A stretch of DNA of 64,000 nt from Andalucia godoyi And28 (GCA_009859145.1 VRVR01000023.1:1-64000), one strand, 5' to 3'; positions 31,340-42,174 are shown, counted from the stretch's first letter. The notes: generated by a model not told the origin, from the sequence alone. Numbers and translations are program-made.

Positions 31340-33970
31340 ATGCGATTTGTGGAGGTGGCGGAGCTTCTGGAGGAGTGTGAGCGTACGGTTCGTCGAACAT
31401 GCACGGCGCGCGATGCTGCCTCGCTGCGACTCTACGGCACGCTGCCAAGGCACTCCGTGATGCGCCGCAGACTGACCGATCACTTTGCGTGTTTTTACGT
31501 GGCCCAGAGAATCTACTGCACATCCACATCCAAATCCACATCCGCATCGGTATTGGCAACGGAATCGGCATGGGAGGAGCTTGCGGCCTTTTTCCGGCTG
31601 GTCTTCCCGAAGCACTGTCCTGATCGGGTGTTTTACATGCGTGAGCAAAAGATGGCAGAAGCACTGATACGGGCACTTGGGTGGTCCGGAACTGCAAAGG
31701 CCGTCCGTCTTCGTGGGCTTTTTGCGCGTGGGGCGGGCTGCTGCGCCGATCTGGCAGAAACCGTGGCGGATATGGCCAGTGTCGCGGTCCGGGGTGCGTC
31801 GCAACAAACCGTACGGGACGTTGACTGCGGGCTGCAAAGACTGGCAAACAGTCCGGATGCGGCTGGAGACGTAATTGCAGAGATTGGGATTGGGGCCATG
31901 TGCTCGATCGAAATCAAGTGGTTGGTTCGCATTATGCTGCGTGAAATGGGCTGTTCCGGAGCCTTGTGTGAAGACGTGGTGCTCGAAGCATGCAGACCGG
32001 GACTTGCCGCACTGTACGCTCGCCAGCGCGACCTTTCCTTTGTTGCCGGCATTGCCGCTTCCTCCCCCACCTCCCCCACCTCCCCCACTCCTACGGCCAC
32101 TACTGCTGCTACCTCGACAATGATGGTACCACTGTCGCTGGACAGCAGTCTTACTGCTGACAGGAATGGTGATGTCGTGCAGATCGACCCTGGCTGCGAA
32201 GGAAGACAGCAGCAAACTGCAAATGAAATGGAAAGGCCGGATGAGTCGAAGCTAGCAGAGCGGCAGCGGCAGGAAATGGTGCAAAAAACGCGGGTTCCAG
32301 AGAACCGAGAAGTGTCCTTCGGCGTGTTTGTGACACCGCAGTTGTGCGGCCGTGCAGTTGGTGTCGAGTGGATTGTGCGGCGGTCGGGCCTTGGTCGCCG
32401 CGTGGTGGTGGAGGAAAAGATGGACGGAGAACGATTGCAAGCACACGTGTGCGGGAATGATGTGAGCATATTCAGTCGCAGCAGCCGAAATTCGACAGAA
32501 TCACGGGCATCCTTGGTCCCGTTTTTGCGACTGGCCGCGACAAAGTGCTCAACCTGCATCGTGGATGGGGAACTTCTAGTGGTCGATGAGCAGTCGGGGA
32601 AGATCGAGACGTTCGGGACGGTGCAGTCGTTCGCGGGCAGGCAGTACGATCCGCGACGACACCTCTGCGTAGTGCTGTTTGATATTTTGTATCTGAATGG
32701 ACAGTCGCTTGTGGACCTTCCCCTGGTCAGACGACGGGAAATCATAAGGGAATGGCTGGTGGAGGTGCCGCGGCACGTGATGCTATCGCAAGGCTTTGAG
32801 CTCGATTTTGCAAACACGGAACACGCTACGCAGGAGCTGCAAAGGACGTTCGATGCGTGCAACAGCGCAGGGACAGAGGGTCTCGTGATCAAGGACCTGG
32901 GCTCGAGATACATCCCCGGGGATCGGTCTTTGTGGATGAAGCTGAAGCGTGACTACATTCCGGGAGCTGGCGATACTGTGGATCTTGTGCTGCTTGGTGT
33001 GTCGCACGGCGCACGCTCCAGACACCAAATGCCCACTGTACCGGCATCGGCGGCATCTTCGCCGTCTTCGTCCTTCTTTTTTAACAGGTTTTTCTTTGGT
33101 GTTGTGCATGCGACAAATCCGCAGACTTTTGAGATCGTCTGCGAAACATCCGTTGGCATTCCCATGGCAGAAAGAAGGAACATTTCAGAAATGGTGGGAG
33201 CGTGGAAGGAAGCGAACGTGAGTGTGCCAAAACGGTCGCTGGTCGTCAATGTCGAGCAGTACAAACCAGATTTTGTGATCATCCCAACGATTCACGGATA
33301 CATAGTCGCAGATATCCTCGGATCGGGTTTCCTGCCTGACCGTAGGGTTTCCAGCGGCCTTGCTATCCGACATCCTCGGATCCGGAGTTTCCGATCTATC
33401 GACTCTCTTGACCCATCCACACTCTCCGCCGCTTCTTACGCGTCCGTTTCCCAGCAAGGCCTCGTGCGCAATCCATCCCGACTGCTTACTCTGCACCCTC
33501 CGACACCCCAAGCCGCTGCGGCCGTTCGCTCGGAGCATGCGAAATCCCCAGCTTCAACAGAGACCCGACTGACACAGAGCACGGTGAATCCTCTGCATTG
33601 GGCGCTGCAGCCCTGTACGCCGACCTCCACAACGGATACCGATGGGGTGCATCTCGGGCTGGATATCCTGCGTCCGCTGTTCGAAAAAAGGGTCGTTTAC
33701 ATATGCCCGTCAGTCCATAAGGCCCGCGCAGAGCTGTGCGAAACACTTGCCGCATTGTACCACGGTACTCGAATCACATACGAATACGACCCAACCGCAG
33801 TTCAAACTGTGCTTACACGTCGCCCGTTTCGATTTCGCTCCATGAACAGAGACAGTGCAGTGTATCACGACTCTTGTTTGGATTTTGCTTTTCGGACTCC
33901 ACCTGCAGATCGTGCAGGACAAGAGTCGAATGTCGACAGCTTTTGTCTTGTTTCACAAAACGTCCGCTAA
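31340..33970 (+). CDS. LIG4: ATP-dependent DNA ligase, ligase IV-like
   Basis: Motif I EEKMDGERLQAH, III VDGEL, IIIa LFDILYLNG, IV EGLVIKD, V WMKLKRDY, VI IRHPRI; EIKWLVRIMLR DBD segment and a degenerate BRCT-like tail favour LIG4. Confidence 0.75.
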   Translation: MRFVEVAELLEECERTVRRTCTARDAASLRLYGTLPRHSVMRRRLTDHFACFYVAQRIYCTSTSKSTSASVLATESAWEELAAFFRLVFPKHCPDRVFYMREQKMAEALIRALGWSGTAKAVRLRGLFARGAGCCADLAETVADMASVAVRGASQQTVRDVDCGLQRLANSPDAAGDVIAEIGIGAMCSIEIKWLVRIMLREMGCSGALCEDVVLEACRPGLAALYARQRDLSFVAGIAASSPTSPTSPTPTATTAATSTMMVPLSLDSSLTADRNGDVVQIDPGCEGRQQQTANEMERPDESKLAERQRQEMVQKTRVPENREVSFGVFVTPQLCGRAVGVEWIVRRSGLGRRVVVEEKMDGERLQAHVCGNDVSIFSRSSRNSTESRASLVPFLRLAATKCSTCIVDGELLVVDEQSGKIETFGTVQSFAGRQYDPRRHLCVVLFDILYLNGQSLVDLPLVRRREIIREWLVEVPRHVMLSQGFELDFANTEHATQELQRTFDACNSAGTEGLVIKDLGSRYIPGDRSLWMKLKRDYIPGAGDTVDLVLLGVSHGARSRHQMPTVPASAASSPSSSFFFNRFFFGVVHATNPQTFEIVCETSVGIPMAERRNISEMVGAWKEANVSVPKRSLVVNVEQYKPDFVIIPTIHGYIVADILGSGFLPDRRVSSGLAIRHPRIRSFRSIDSLDPSTLSAASYASVSQQGLVRNPSRLLTLHPPTPQAAAAVRSEHAKSPASTETRLTQSTVNPLHWALQPCTPTSTTDTDGVHLGLDILRPLFEKRVVYICPSVHKARAELCETLAALYHGTRITYEYDPTAVQTVLTRRPFRFRSMNRDSAVYHDSCLDFAFRTPPADRAGQESNVDSFCLVSQNVR

Positions 33971-34170
33971 ACGAAATATTGAGTTTTGCCATTCAAAAAA
34001 TTCCGCCCAAAAACCCGCACACACACACACACACATCTCCTTCACGTTTTACTTGCACTTCCAACTATTGTTTTTCATTTCATTTTGGATTTGCTGTAAT
34101 GATAATGTGATAAATGCGCATCCATTAATTCACGGAGCGGAGGCGTAGCGATCCACGAGATAAATACAGA

Positions 34171-36453
34171 TCACTTCATCTTGGAAGCCAACACTCGTAC
34201 ACGATCCACAACCTTCGGCAGCAACAAAATGACCGCAGACGCCATGTACACATATGTGAACTGTGTTGGATACTTGTCTGCGAATAGCTCGATCTTTTCC
34301 GTTCCGTCGCTGTCAAAGACATATGTATGGACAAACCCGGTCCATGAAAGAAGGCCAAGAGCAACGAAGCACAAGGAAGCACGACCGAACTGTCGTCTCA
34401 AGCAATAGGTTGTCGCAGATGCATACAAAATGCACGTAAACAAGTATCCCTGCGCAAGAACCATCACTCCGTCAATAAAGAGCGAGTTGCCAAAATACGG
34501 GAAAACACCCCTGAGGTTCAGACTGGGACCGCCCAGAGACAGCGAATAGCTCGTGCCAGCAGAGAGGGCATTGTTGATGATGATCAGCGCCCAGTTTGCC
34601 AAGGCAGGCAGAATGCCGATGATGACTGCAGGGAAGAGCATTTCGTGTTCCTTGTGATATTCCTGAAGCGCGGTCCACTGGCCAAAGCGCGGATCAATCC
34701 TGGCGAGCATCGAGCTTTGCCCGACGTTTCGGAGACCCGAAGGATTGACCAGCCCCTCCTCGATGACCGACATGGAGCCACTGGATGAAGCCTTATTGAC
34801 CAACTCGGCGTCCTCCGCCTCCTGCTCCACATAGGAATCCTCGGAAAACTCAAAGGCACTCTTCATGATCGACACACCAACAATTACAAGGGATGCAATC
34901 AGAATTTCTTGCGGAACAATCTTGAAGATGGCAGTCACGACGCCCAAAGAAGCAATCAGCAAGATTAGCAAACCGTTGAACAGAGAGTATGCGGGTCCTG
35001 CCTTGAAGTTGTTCTTGTACAAACCGTGACCAATGTACAGCGTCATGGAGTACGGGCAACTCACCAGCGTGGACAGGACATTGACCACTCCAAGCCAAAA
35101 GATGGACCACGACTGCGAGTATGAATCCCCGCACTTTTGGGCCATTTTGATGCAGTTCAGAGATCCAAGAGTGTTGACAAACGTCAGCGGAAGAATAATG
35201 GAAAAGTTGTCCCATGCGTTCTTCCACGAGGAGTGTGCTCTCAGCAACGACAGTGTGTCAGAGTGGTAGAATGTGAGGTACCAAGAAACATGGACGTCGT
35301 CGCTGGCTGGCTTGAACTCGTCATTTCCGCACCATTTCAAGACCCACGCAACAAGCGTGAACACGGCCACGATAATGAGGGCCGATGGCCAGTTTGATGG
35401 TGAATTGAGAATCTGAGTGTTTTCGGAAGAAAGTGTTCGTCGCGAGGAAGGGAAAACAGCGCGAAAACGCTCGATCATAGAAATCAGCATGCGATCGCAA
35501 GCATCCGACACCCTCTGCAGCGCCCTTTGAGCCACATTCATGTGAACATAGCCACCGGATCGGAGTTTCGCTCGCGTTTCTGCCTTCTCTCTTCTAATGG
35601 TTGCCCGCTCCAACGTAAGTGAATCTTCTGCGACAAAGAAGACCAGGATCGTGGCAAACAACGGCACAACGGCAATCAAAGGCGATGCAAACACTTGGAA
35701 CAAGAAGTTGACAGAGATGAGCGACAGACCAATGCCTGCAAGCGGGGCCGCCGACGCCGACTCTGGAAGGTAATTCACAACCTTTGCAATCGCTGGAAAG
35801 GATGCCGCAATGGTAATCAACCCGGACAGGCAGTTCGCAGCGAGAGCAGCGCCAAACGCTTCCTCTGGCGAGTACTTGAACGCCAGAGGAAGCATGAGGT
35901 TAAAAAGCCACTGGATCAGAGAAGGTGTCGCAATTCCAAACGGGATAGCAGTTGCAATTCTGTTTCCGTTCATGGCGTATATGCAATCTGGATTGAACTC
36001 CAGGCAGTAGCCACGGCGCCGCGTCTCCGCTGCAGCCATCCAATAAAAGATGAAGTTACCAGCAAAGGTGGCAAGCGCAACGCCAGGAAGCAGCGTGGCG
36101 TTGATGAAATCCTCGGAATATCCAATAACGCCACCAACAGATATGATCAGAAGCAGATCCGTCAATGTATTCATCGCAAGTGCAGACAGCGCATTCATGT
36201 CGCCTGCAGAAGCCCATCGCACCGAGTACTCCCGTTCGTAGCAAAACACAACTTTAAACACATATGTGAAAATTCCCATTATGAACCCCGTGGACGACGA
36301 CGATCCGGCTTTGCGGTTGTACGACGGTAATGCAGTCTTGAATATCGACGGAGCCTTAAACATTTCATCGGCACGCTTGTTGGCGGGCCGCAAACCCTGC
36401 GCTCGTCGCACAACAAGCGGAGACTCTTCCGAGTTGCTCAACGATCCATCCAT
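34171..36453 (-). CDS. Multi-pass permease resembling bacterial xanthine/uracil (NCS2-like) permeases
   Basis: GDMNALSAL...TDLL, TAIPFGIATP, SMTLYIGHGLYK...AGPAYS motifs; about 14-16 hydrophobic segments. Confidence 0.7.
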   Translation of the reverse strand: MDGSLSNSEESPLVVRRAQGLRPANKRADEMFKAPSIFKTALPSYNRKAGSSSSTGFIMGIFTYVFKVVFCYEREYSVRWASAGDMNALSALAMNTLTDLLLIISVGGVIGYSEDFINATLLPGVALATFAGNFIFYWMAAAETRRRGYCLEFNPDCIYAMNGNRIATAIPFGIATPSLIQWLFNLMLPLAFKYSPEEAFGAALAANCLSGLITIAASFPAIAKVVNYLPESASAAPLAGIGLSLISVNFLFQVFASPLIAVVPLFATILVFFVAEDSLTLERATIRREKAETRAKLRSGGYVHMNVAQRALQRVSDACDRMLISMIERFRAVFPSSRRTLSSENTQILNSPSNWPSALIIVAVFTLVAWVLKWCGNDEFKPASDDVHVSWYLTFYHSDTLSLLRAHSSWKNAWDNFSIILPLTFVNTLGSLNCIKMAQKCGDSYSQSWSIFWLGVVNVLSTLVSCPYSMTLYIGHGLYKNNFKAGPAYSLFNGLLILLIASLGVVTAIFKIVPQEILIASLVIVGVSIMKSAFEFSEDSYVEQEAEDAELVNKASSSGSMSVIEEGLVNPSGLRNVGQSSMLARIDPRFGQWTALQEYHKEHEMLFPAVIIGILPALANWALIIINNALSAGTSYSLSLGGPSLNLRGVFPYFGNSLFIDGVMVLAQGYLFTCILYASATTYCLRRQFGRASLCFVALGLLSWTGFVHTYVFDSDGTEKIELFADKYPTQFTYVYMASAVILLLPKVVDRVRVLASKMK

Positions 36454-36628
36454 CTCGAACTGCACCTACGAAGACGTAAATACCTCAGGCGCCGAAATGA
36501 AGCAGGCAGAAAAATATTTGAAATTTGAAATAAATTAATGAACAGTACGAATCCGCGGAAATGTGCGGAAATGTGCGGAATGCACGAGAAACGAAAGAAA
36601 GGGAGGAAAGAAACTGTAGTCAACGGCC

Positions 36629-37179
36629 GCTGAATAATAACACGTCGTTGTCATGCATGCGGAAGTATACATAAACAGACACGGTCGATACTGGCCGACA
36701 CTAGCACGTTTGCTTCATAGGGAATTCGTGCTTCCGCACGCTCGGCCAAAATTCAGCCAGTGGCACAGGCTCTGCATTTTCGACGCTCTTTAACGCAGCA
36801 TCCGTAGCCATCTATTCTATCATTCGTTGGTTTCACGTTTTAATTCAAATGTGGGCGTGAGTGCGCTGCGATGCCGCATTCGCCTGCGCCTACGCCGCTC
36901 GATACAGGGCCTCCTAGGTCCCGCAGACCTTCTACGAGACCACGTGTCACTACGCCTGCTGCTAGGGCCGTCAGACTCAAAATGCACCCTTCGCAGGAAC
37001 CACGTGTCACGCTGAGAAAGTGGCTCACCGATTGATCGAGATTGGGAACGGAGCGCGGAGCATTTATCTGAAGAACGCCGTGATGCGTGTTGGGGCCTGT
37101 CCCCTTCCCGGCAACGGGATGCAAGATTGAATATGCATGTCTATTCGTGGATATGCATATTCAGTGTATAATGTAGGCG
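36629..37179. repeat. Dispersed ~550-bp element, copy A
   Basis: Inverted homologue of 3571-4138; 16-bp hairpin with TTCG loop at 37128-37163. Confidence 0.92.
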
Positions 37180-37397
37180 TTGCTTTGGAATTTCTGATGG
37201 AAATAGTGTCCCCGCCCCGGAAGAGACGGCTGCGTGATGGGAGGACGCATGAACGGAGGTGGGGGTGCGAGCCTTGTTCTTTAAGTTTATGAAACGTGGG
37301 GCTTTCGTGGACCCTGGTTTTCTTTTGTGTTCGTGTCCTGCTCGTGACGCGGGTACAAGAGTACTTACTTACTACCAAGGGCGTCTGATATGGCGGA

Positions 37398-39308
37398 TCA
37401 AACGGCGCGTCGATCGAGACGATTTTGAGGAGTTCCGGAGCGTGATGCAGATGAGGGCCGGGGGTACGGGGATCCAACTGCAGACTTCAACAGAGGATTG
37501 TACTCCATTCGTCGGTACGCGTCCATGTAGGACGATGACAGATGCTCAAGCGATTTGGCCGCACTTCCAGAGTGAGGAACGTACGGCAGAGAGGATGCTG
37601 ATGACGCTGCCGCAGTTGGAGTCGGACTGGGCTCTAAAAAGTCTGCAAAGTCTGCAAAAGACCACTCGCTTTGCCTTCCGCCACCGCCCAAGTAGAACAA
37701 GTCGAAAATGACTTCTTCATCGACAATCGCAGGGGTAATATTGAATAGGCGAAGGCCGTCCACGAACTCGGCGAGCGTTATCTTGCCGTTCTTGAGAGTA
37801 TCAAAATGCAAAAAGGCATCGCGAACCGACGCGTAGTGCTCGTTGATGGTCTCGCGGAGAGACTGTCGCAACGAGACAACCTGGCGCAGCCGTGGAGGCA
37901 TCATGGATGTCGTTCCATAAGAGGAGCCGACGAACGTCGCCAGTGGCTTCCGCTTGGTCAGTTGAGAGTAGACGTCCGAAGAGGAGCCGTACAACCTTTG
38001 GAAGGTGGAATGAAACTGATCAGAACTAATGGCCATCCTGGAGGATGGATCAAAATCTCTCCACAGGTCGTCGATGACGGATATCGGGACAAGAGGAGGT
38101 GCAATGCCCAGCTTCTCTCGAAGCGTGCAGATGAAATCGTCCTTCGAGACATCCGAGCCCAGTTGCGGCGTTACTCTTCCGCTACGCGTGGCAATGGGTG
38201 TGCTTCTTCTGGACGAGGGACGAGGTGTCAGGGACGTTCGAGTAAACAGCTCATCAGCAAACCGGAGATCTCGGTTCCAGTCTAGCAACCGCTCCAGCAT
38301 CATCTGTTGCGTCTCCTGCTTGTTTAGCAGGCGTTCTGCAGTTGTGGTGGGAGTTGGGGTGTGGAAGGAGCGCAAGTTCGCGGAATAGGCGCTCTGCACG
38401 TCTGACTTCTGGTATCCCGATGCACATCTCGCAAACGTTTCGTAATCAATGAGGCCGGCGGGCCCCCGACATTGGAAGAGATCGAACATTTCGTGCAGGA
38501 CGGGAAGCGGAATGGGGATTCCGAGGATTGTCTCGACGCCAAAGCGGAACTCGTCTTCTGAAATCAACCCGTCGCGATCGTCATCGAAGCGCAGGAACGC
38601 CTCGCGGAATGAGTCGAATCTGCTGGTCAGTTTCGAGCGCATCAGATCCAAGTGCCAGTCGAGATCTGCTTGATCAAGCGCAGTTGCAACGGGCGATCTC
38701 GGCCGCCCTGGTTGAAGCGACCCCGCTGGAGAATCCGGCACATTGCTCTCGTTTGCCGTTCCGACGGGCATGAACAGCTTGGACGACGACATCGGGGTGG
38801 AAGGAGCGTCATGAGGACCTTGTGGAACCTGGGACATGCGTGGAACTCGCATCAACGGATGCGTCGATGACGCAACGGCAGAGGCCGCCTGCACGCCAGT
38901 ACCCGAGGTTAGCGCAGACGGAGGAGGTGGTGGTGCGGCAGGTGGTGGTGGTGGCGGCGCTGCTGATGATGATGACGATCCGGCGGCGGCGGCGGCGAGG
39001 GGAGGAGCGGAACTCTGGGCATGGGACGCAGTCGGGTGGGATGGGAAGCCAGGTGGAGACACGTCGTCATAAAGATACGAGTGAAACCGTCCTGGGCTGT
39101 TGGCGTTGTAGCGAAAAAGGTTTTGGCGGTAGTATTCTTTTGACGGTGTCGTATGATTCGGTTTGTCTGTCACATACGTGTAGTGCGGTGGTACAACATG
39201 CTCGTGCGCAGGTGCTCCGGCTGGGGCGTGCATGTAATGCAACGGAGTACCGGCGTCGTGAGTCGACGTCGATGGGGCAAAGGCACCGGGATGGGGTGTC
39301 TTGGACAT
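37398..39308 (-). CDS. EF-hand calcium-binding protein with low-complexity N-terminus
   Basis: EF loops FDDDRDGLISEDEF, FDTLKNGKITLAEF and two degenerate loops. Confidence 0.8.
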   Translation of the reverse strand: MSKTPHPGAFAPSTSTHDAGTPLHYMHAPAGAPAHEHVVPPHYTYVTDKPNHTTPSKEYYRQNLFRYNANSPGRFHSYLYDDVSPPGFPSHPTASHAQSSAPPLAAAAAGSSSSSAAPPPPPPAAPPPPPSALTSGTGVQAASAVASSTHPLMRVPRMSQVPQGPHDAPSTPMSSSKLFMPVGTANESNVPDSPAGSLQPGRPRSPVATALDQADLDWHLDLMRSKLTSRFDSFREAFLRFDDDRDGLISEDEFRFGVETILGIPIPLPVLHEMFDLFQCRGPAGLIDYETFARCASGYQKSDVQSAYSANLRSFHTPTPTTTAERLLNKQETQQMMLERLLDWNRDLRFADELFTRTSLTPRPSSRRSTPIATRSGRVTPQLGSDVSKDDFICTLREKLGIAPPLVPISVIDDLWRDFDPSSRMAISSDQFHSTFQRLYGSSSDVYSQLTKRKPLATFVGSSYGTTSMMPPRLRQVVSLRQSLRETINEHYASVRDAFLHFDTLKNGKITLAEFVDGLRLFNITPAIVDEEVIFDLFYLGGGGRQSEWSFADFADFLEPSPTPTAAASSASSLPYVPHSGSAAKSLEHLSSSYMDAYRRMEYNPLLKSAVGSPYPRPSSASRSGTPQNRLDRRAV

Positions 39309-40506
39309 TTTGGCTGTGAATCGGAGTTCAGTACGAGACGAAAGCAATCCACAATCCAAGATACACACTTCCTTTGGTGGTGCTTGTCAACCGAATCTCC
39401 CTTGTGTGCGTGGATTCCAAATAGTTCTGTTGGTTCCCCCCGCGACAATTCTGAACCGAATGTACTTCCACGGTTGTCGAAGAAGCGTTCTCAAGTGAAC
39501 ATTACCTTCGATCGAAGGTAAGTTGAAGTCGCGAGTTTTTTATTAATTAAACGAGGGGGGAGTTGGAGAAAGGCGCTGGAAAAAAGGCGCTGACGAGAAT
39601 TTCCCCTGGCCCCCTTTTTGTTTTTTTTACGCTACGCACTCGTCTAACATTATACCGTAGGTCCTGCACTTGCTAACACATCTCTCCTGGATTCGGGATA
39701 CCCTGCAGTCTGAGACTGATTCACAACATTCCACAATGATCGTCGAAGATTTAGAATGGCGAATGGTACTCGGCCACGAGTTCTTTGTCTTCTTTGTGCA
39801 GAAAATGTCATTCCTGAACCTCATCTAGCATCTGCTATGCGGAAAATGACAGCACGCTGCACTGCGCCACATGCATTATGCGAATCCCTAGCGTCACGGA
39901 AAAGAAAAAAACACCCAAGGGTCGGGAAATATTCCTTTTATGCGGGGAATTCGGCGGCGATTTTTCCTATTTTGGGAAGTTCCAGTTCCCGCTGATCCGC
40001 TGTCCGAACGACGGAAAAATGAAAATATTTTCCTAATAAAGAAGCATTTGTCTTTTGATGAAAACTCCGCAAAATAATAATAATAATAATAATGTATATT
40101 GTTTGTTTGCTTGTTTGTATTGAGTGCTGTGCAGTTGTGAACGATTAGCAATAAATATGAACTCGGCTGGTTCCTTTGAGCAATCAAGATGATCCCGATT
40201 TGTTGAAGCTGGAAGAGGAAACTCCATCCAACACTGAAACCCCCATGGCGGAAACACATATGCAGCAACTGGAAGTTGTCTGGAAGTCTGCATGAACCAA
40301 GCGTTCTTGCACCAACGGAATCCCCCAAAAGGACTATTAAAGCATCGGATATGCCTCACTACCCGAGACATCTTTCTTCTTCTTGTTCTTCTCTCTCTGT
40401 TATTATTATTTTGGATTGTTCTCCTTTCAACGTATCTTCTTTCGTACTCCCAATCAACTACTCTTCCTGTGTTTGGACAACAACAACGACAACAACGACG
40501 ACAAAC

Positions 40507-42174
40507 ATGTCTACGAAGATTTTCCAACATTATGCTCTGCCACTGTTGGTGGTTCTCTTCACGTGCAACATGTGTGCGGCTCAGCTGACGTGGACTCTGC
40601 GCTCACCGACAACCGCAACGAACCCTTCCGCCCGTACGGGCTCCTCGATCGGCTACCTTGCAAGCGGTCGTCAGCTCGTGATGTTCGGTGGAAAAGATGC
40701 TTCGGGAGCAGTGCTGCAGGACACCTGGATGTACTACTTTGACACGAATGCATGGGTGCCGATTACGGCAACCAACACTCCTCCGGCTCGGCACGGCGCA
40801 TACTACGGAATGTTCAAGGCAAATGGTGCGACGACGTCCCGCTTTGTGATTGCAATGGGCCGCGATGCCTCGGGCGGACAGCTCAACGATGCCTGGGTAT
40901 TCGACGCCAGTGTAAACGCATGGTCCCAGATCACAATTTCGGGTGATGTGCCCTCCGCCAGAATCGAGGCTGCAGGCGGGTTCTTTGGAGAAACTGGGGT
41001 CTTGATGATCGCAAACGGCCGGTCTGGAGATGATGTCTACTCGGACTCTTACAAGCTGGATCTCAACACTGGGGTTTGGACAAAGCTGACCTCCAATGAG
41101 CAGAACCTGTACAACCCCACAAAGCCCCATCCGCGCTACCAACCCGCTGGAATCCCAGTCTCGGCTTCCAAGATGGTGGTCTTCGGAGGATGCCTGGGAG
41201 ACAAGGGATCGGTTGCTGGACCATGCCCGTACAACGACGCGTGGTACGTCGATGCATCCGACAAGTCGTGGAAGCAGATTGCTCAAAAGTCGGATTCAAG
41301 CAAGACGCCTGTTCCCCGGACAAGCCAGTCTGCATTCATGTGGCCTGGAAACAAGTACGTGCTCTTCTACGGCGGAAAGATCGAGGCGGAAGACCAAATC
41401 ACTCGCGTTGACAAGCCTGGATCCGACGAAATCGCTGTCTTGGACGGCACTTCCTTGGACTCCACCAAGTGGAAGCGTGTCAAATCCAACAACGCACCGT
41501 CGAGCGTTCTCGAAGGCTCCGCGTTCTTGACCACTGCCGATCCGTCTACTGTCGGAGTCATTGTGTTTGGAGGCAAAGGTGCTTCGGGACTGACAAGCAA
41601 CATCTACACCTTGACCGGCTCCGTCGATGGAGCACCTGAGATCACCGGAAACAACAGCTGGTTCTCGCTGCTTATGATCCACGCCATTCTGATGTTCGTT
41701 GGATGGGCACTCTTTATGCCCATCGGCACCATCCTCGCTCGCTACCTCAGCGGCAGCGGCAACCGATTGATCCTCATCTCGCACATTGTTTTCCAGACCA
41801 CCGGGCTTCTTGTCGGCATCGCAGCGTTTGCAGTTGGAATGACCGCATTCAAAAACAGCCGATTCACAAACGCCTACGAGATCTTGCTGCTGATCACTCT
41901 GATCTTGGGACTCCTGTCCTTTGTCAGTATCGGATTCATGCCTGCACTGGGCACTCCGAGACGCAAGCACTGGAACATCATCCACAACGGACTCGGCTAC
42001 CTGACCATGCTCGTCGCCGCAACCGCCATTTCTCTACTCCTGTTCTTGATCATCGTTCCCCAGCAAGTCTGGATTGCCTGGTATGTCTACCTCGGAGTCG
42101 TTCTCGTCGTCTTTGCAGTTCTCGAGTGCTTCCACAGAAAGCGCAAGGTTGTGCACAGGGACATCAAGGTCTGA
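40507..42174 (+). CDS. Signal peptide + Kelch-repeat beta-propeller + C-terminal cytochrome b561-like domain
   Basis: Repeated MFGG...DTW, FGG...NDAW, FYGG, VFGG Kelch motifs; then HAILMFVGW...PIG...ARY, HIVFQ and WNIIHNGLGY typical of CYBDOM-type b561. Confidence 0.82.
   Translation: MSTKIFQHYALPLLVVLFTCNMCAAQLTWTLRSPTTATNPSARTGSSIGYLASGRQLVMFGGKDASGAVLQDTWMYYFDTNAWVPITATNTPPARHGAYYGMFKANGATTSRFVIAMGRDASGGQLNDAWVFDASVNAWSQITISGDVPSARIEAAGGFFGETGVLMIANGRSGDDVYSDSYKLDLNTGVWTKLTSNEQNLYNPTKPHPRYQPAGIPVSASKMVVFGGCLGDKGSVAGPCPYNDAWYVDASDKSWKQIAQKSDSSKTPVPRTSQSAFMWPGNKYVLFYGGKIEAEDQITRVDKPGSDEIAVLDGTSLDSTKWKRVKSNNAPSSVLEGSAFLTTADPSTVGVIVFGGKGASGLTSNIYTLTGSVDGAPEITGNNSWFSLLMIHAILMFVGWALFMPIGTILARYLSGSGNRLILISHIVFQTTGLLVGIAAFAVGMTAFKNSRFTNAYEILLLITLILGLLSFVSIGFMPALGTPRRKHWNIIHNGLGYLTMLVAATAISLLLFLIIVPQQVWIAWYVYLGVVLVVFAVLECFHRKRKVVHRDIKV

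Noticed and set aside
36795-36811. GCAGCATCCGTAGCCA resembling the U4 snRNA 5' region
   Set aside because: No kink-turn, U6-pairing stems or Sm site in the correct order
37040-37060. GGGAACGGAGC resembling SRP RNA helix 8
   Set aside because: Not conserved in the second copy (GGGAATGCAGC), and the Alu domain and helix 5 are not evident
37259-37711. 150-aa plus-strand ORF next to repeat copy A as a possible mobile-element protein
   Set aside because: Mostly antisense to the EF-hand gene C-terminus, with no counterpart next to copy B
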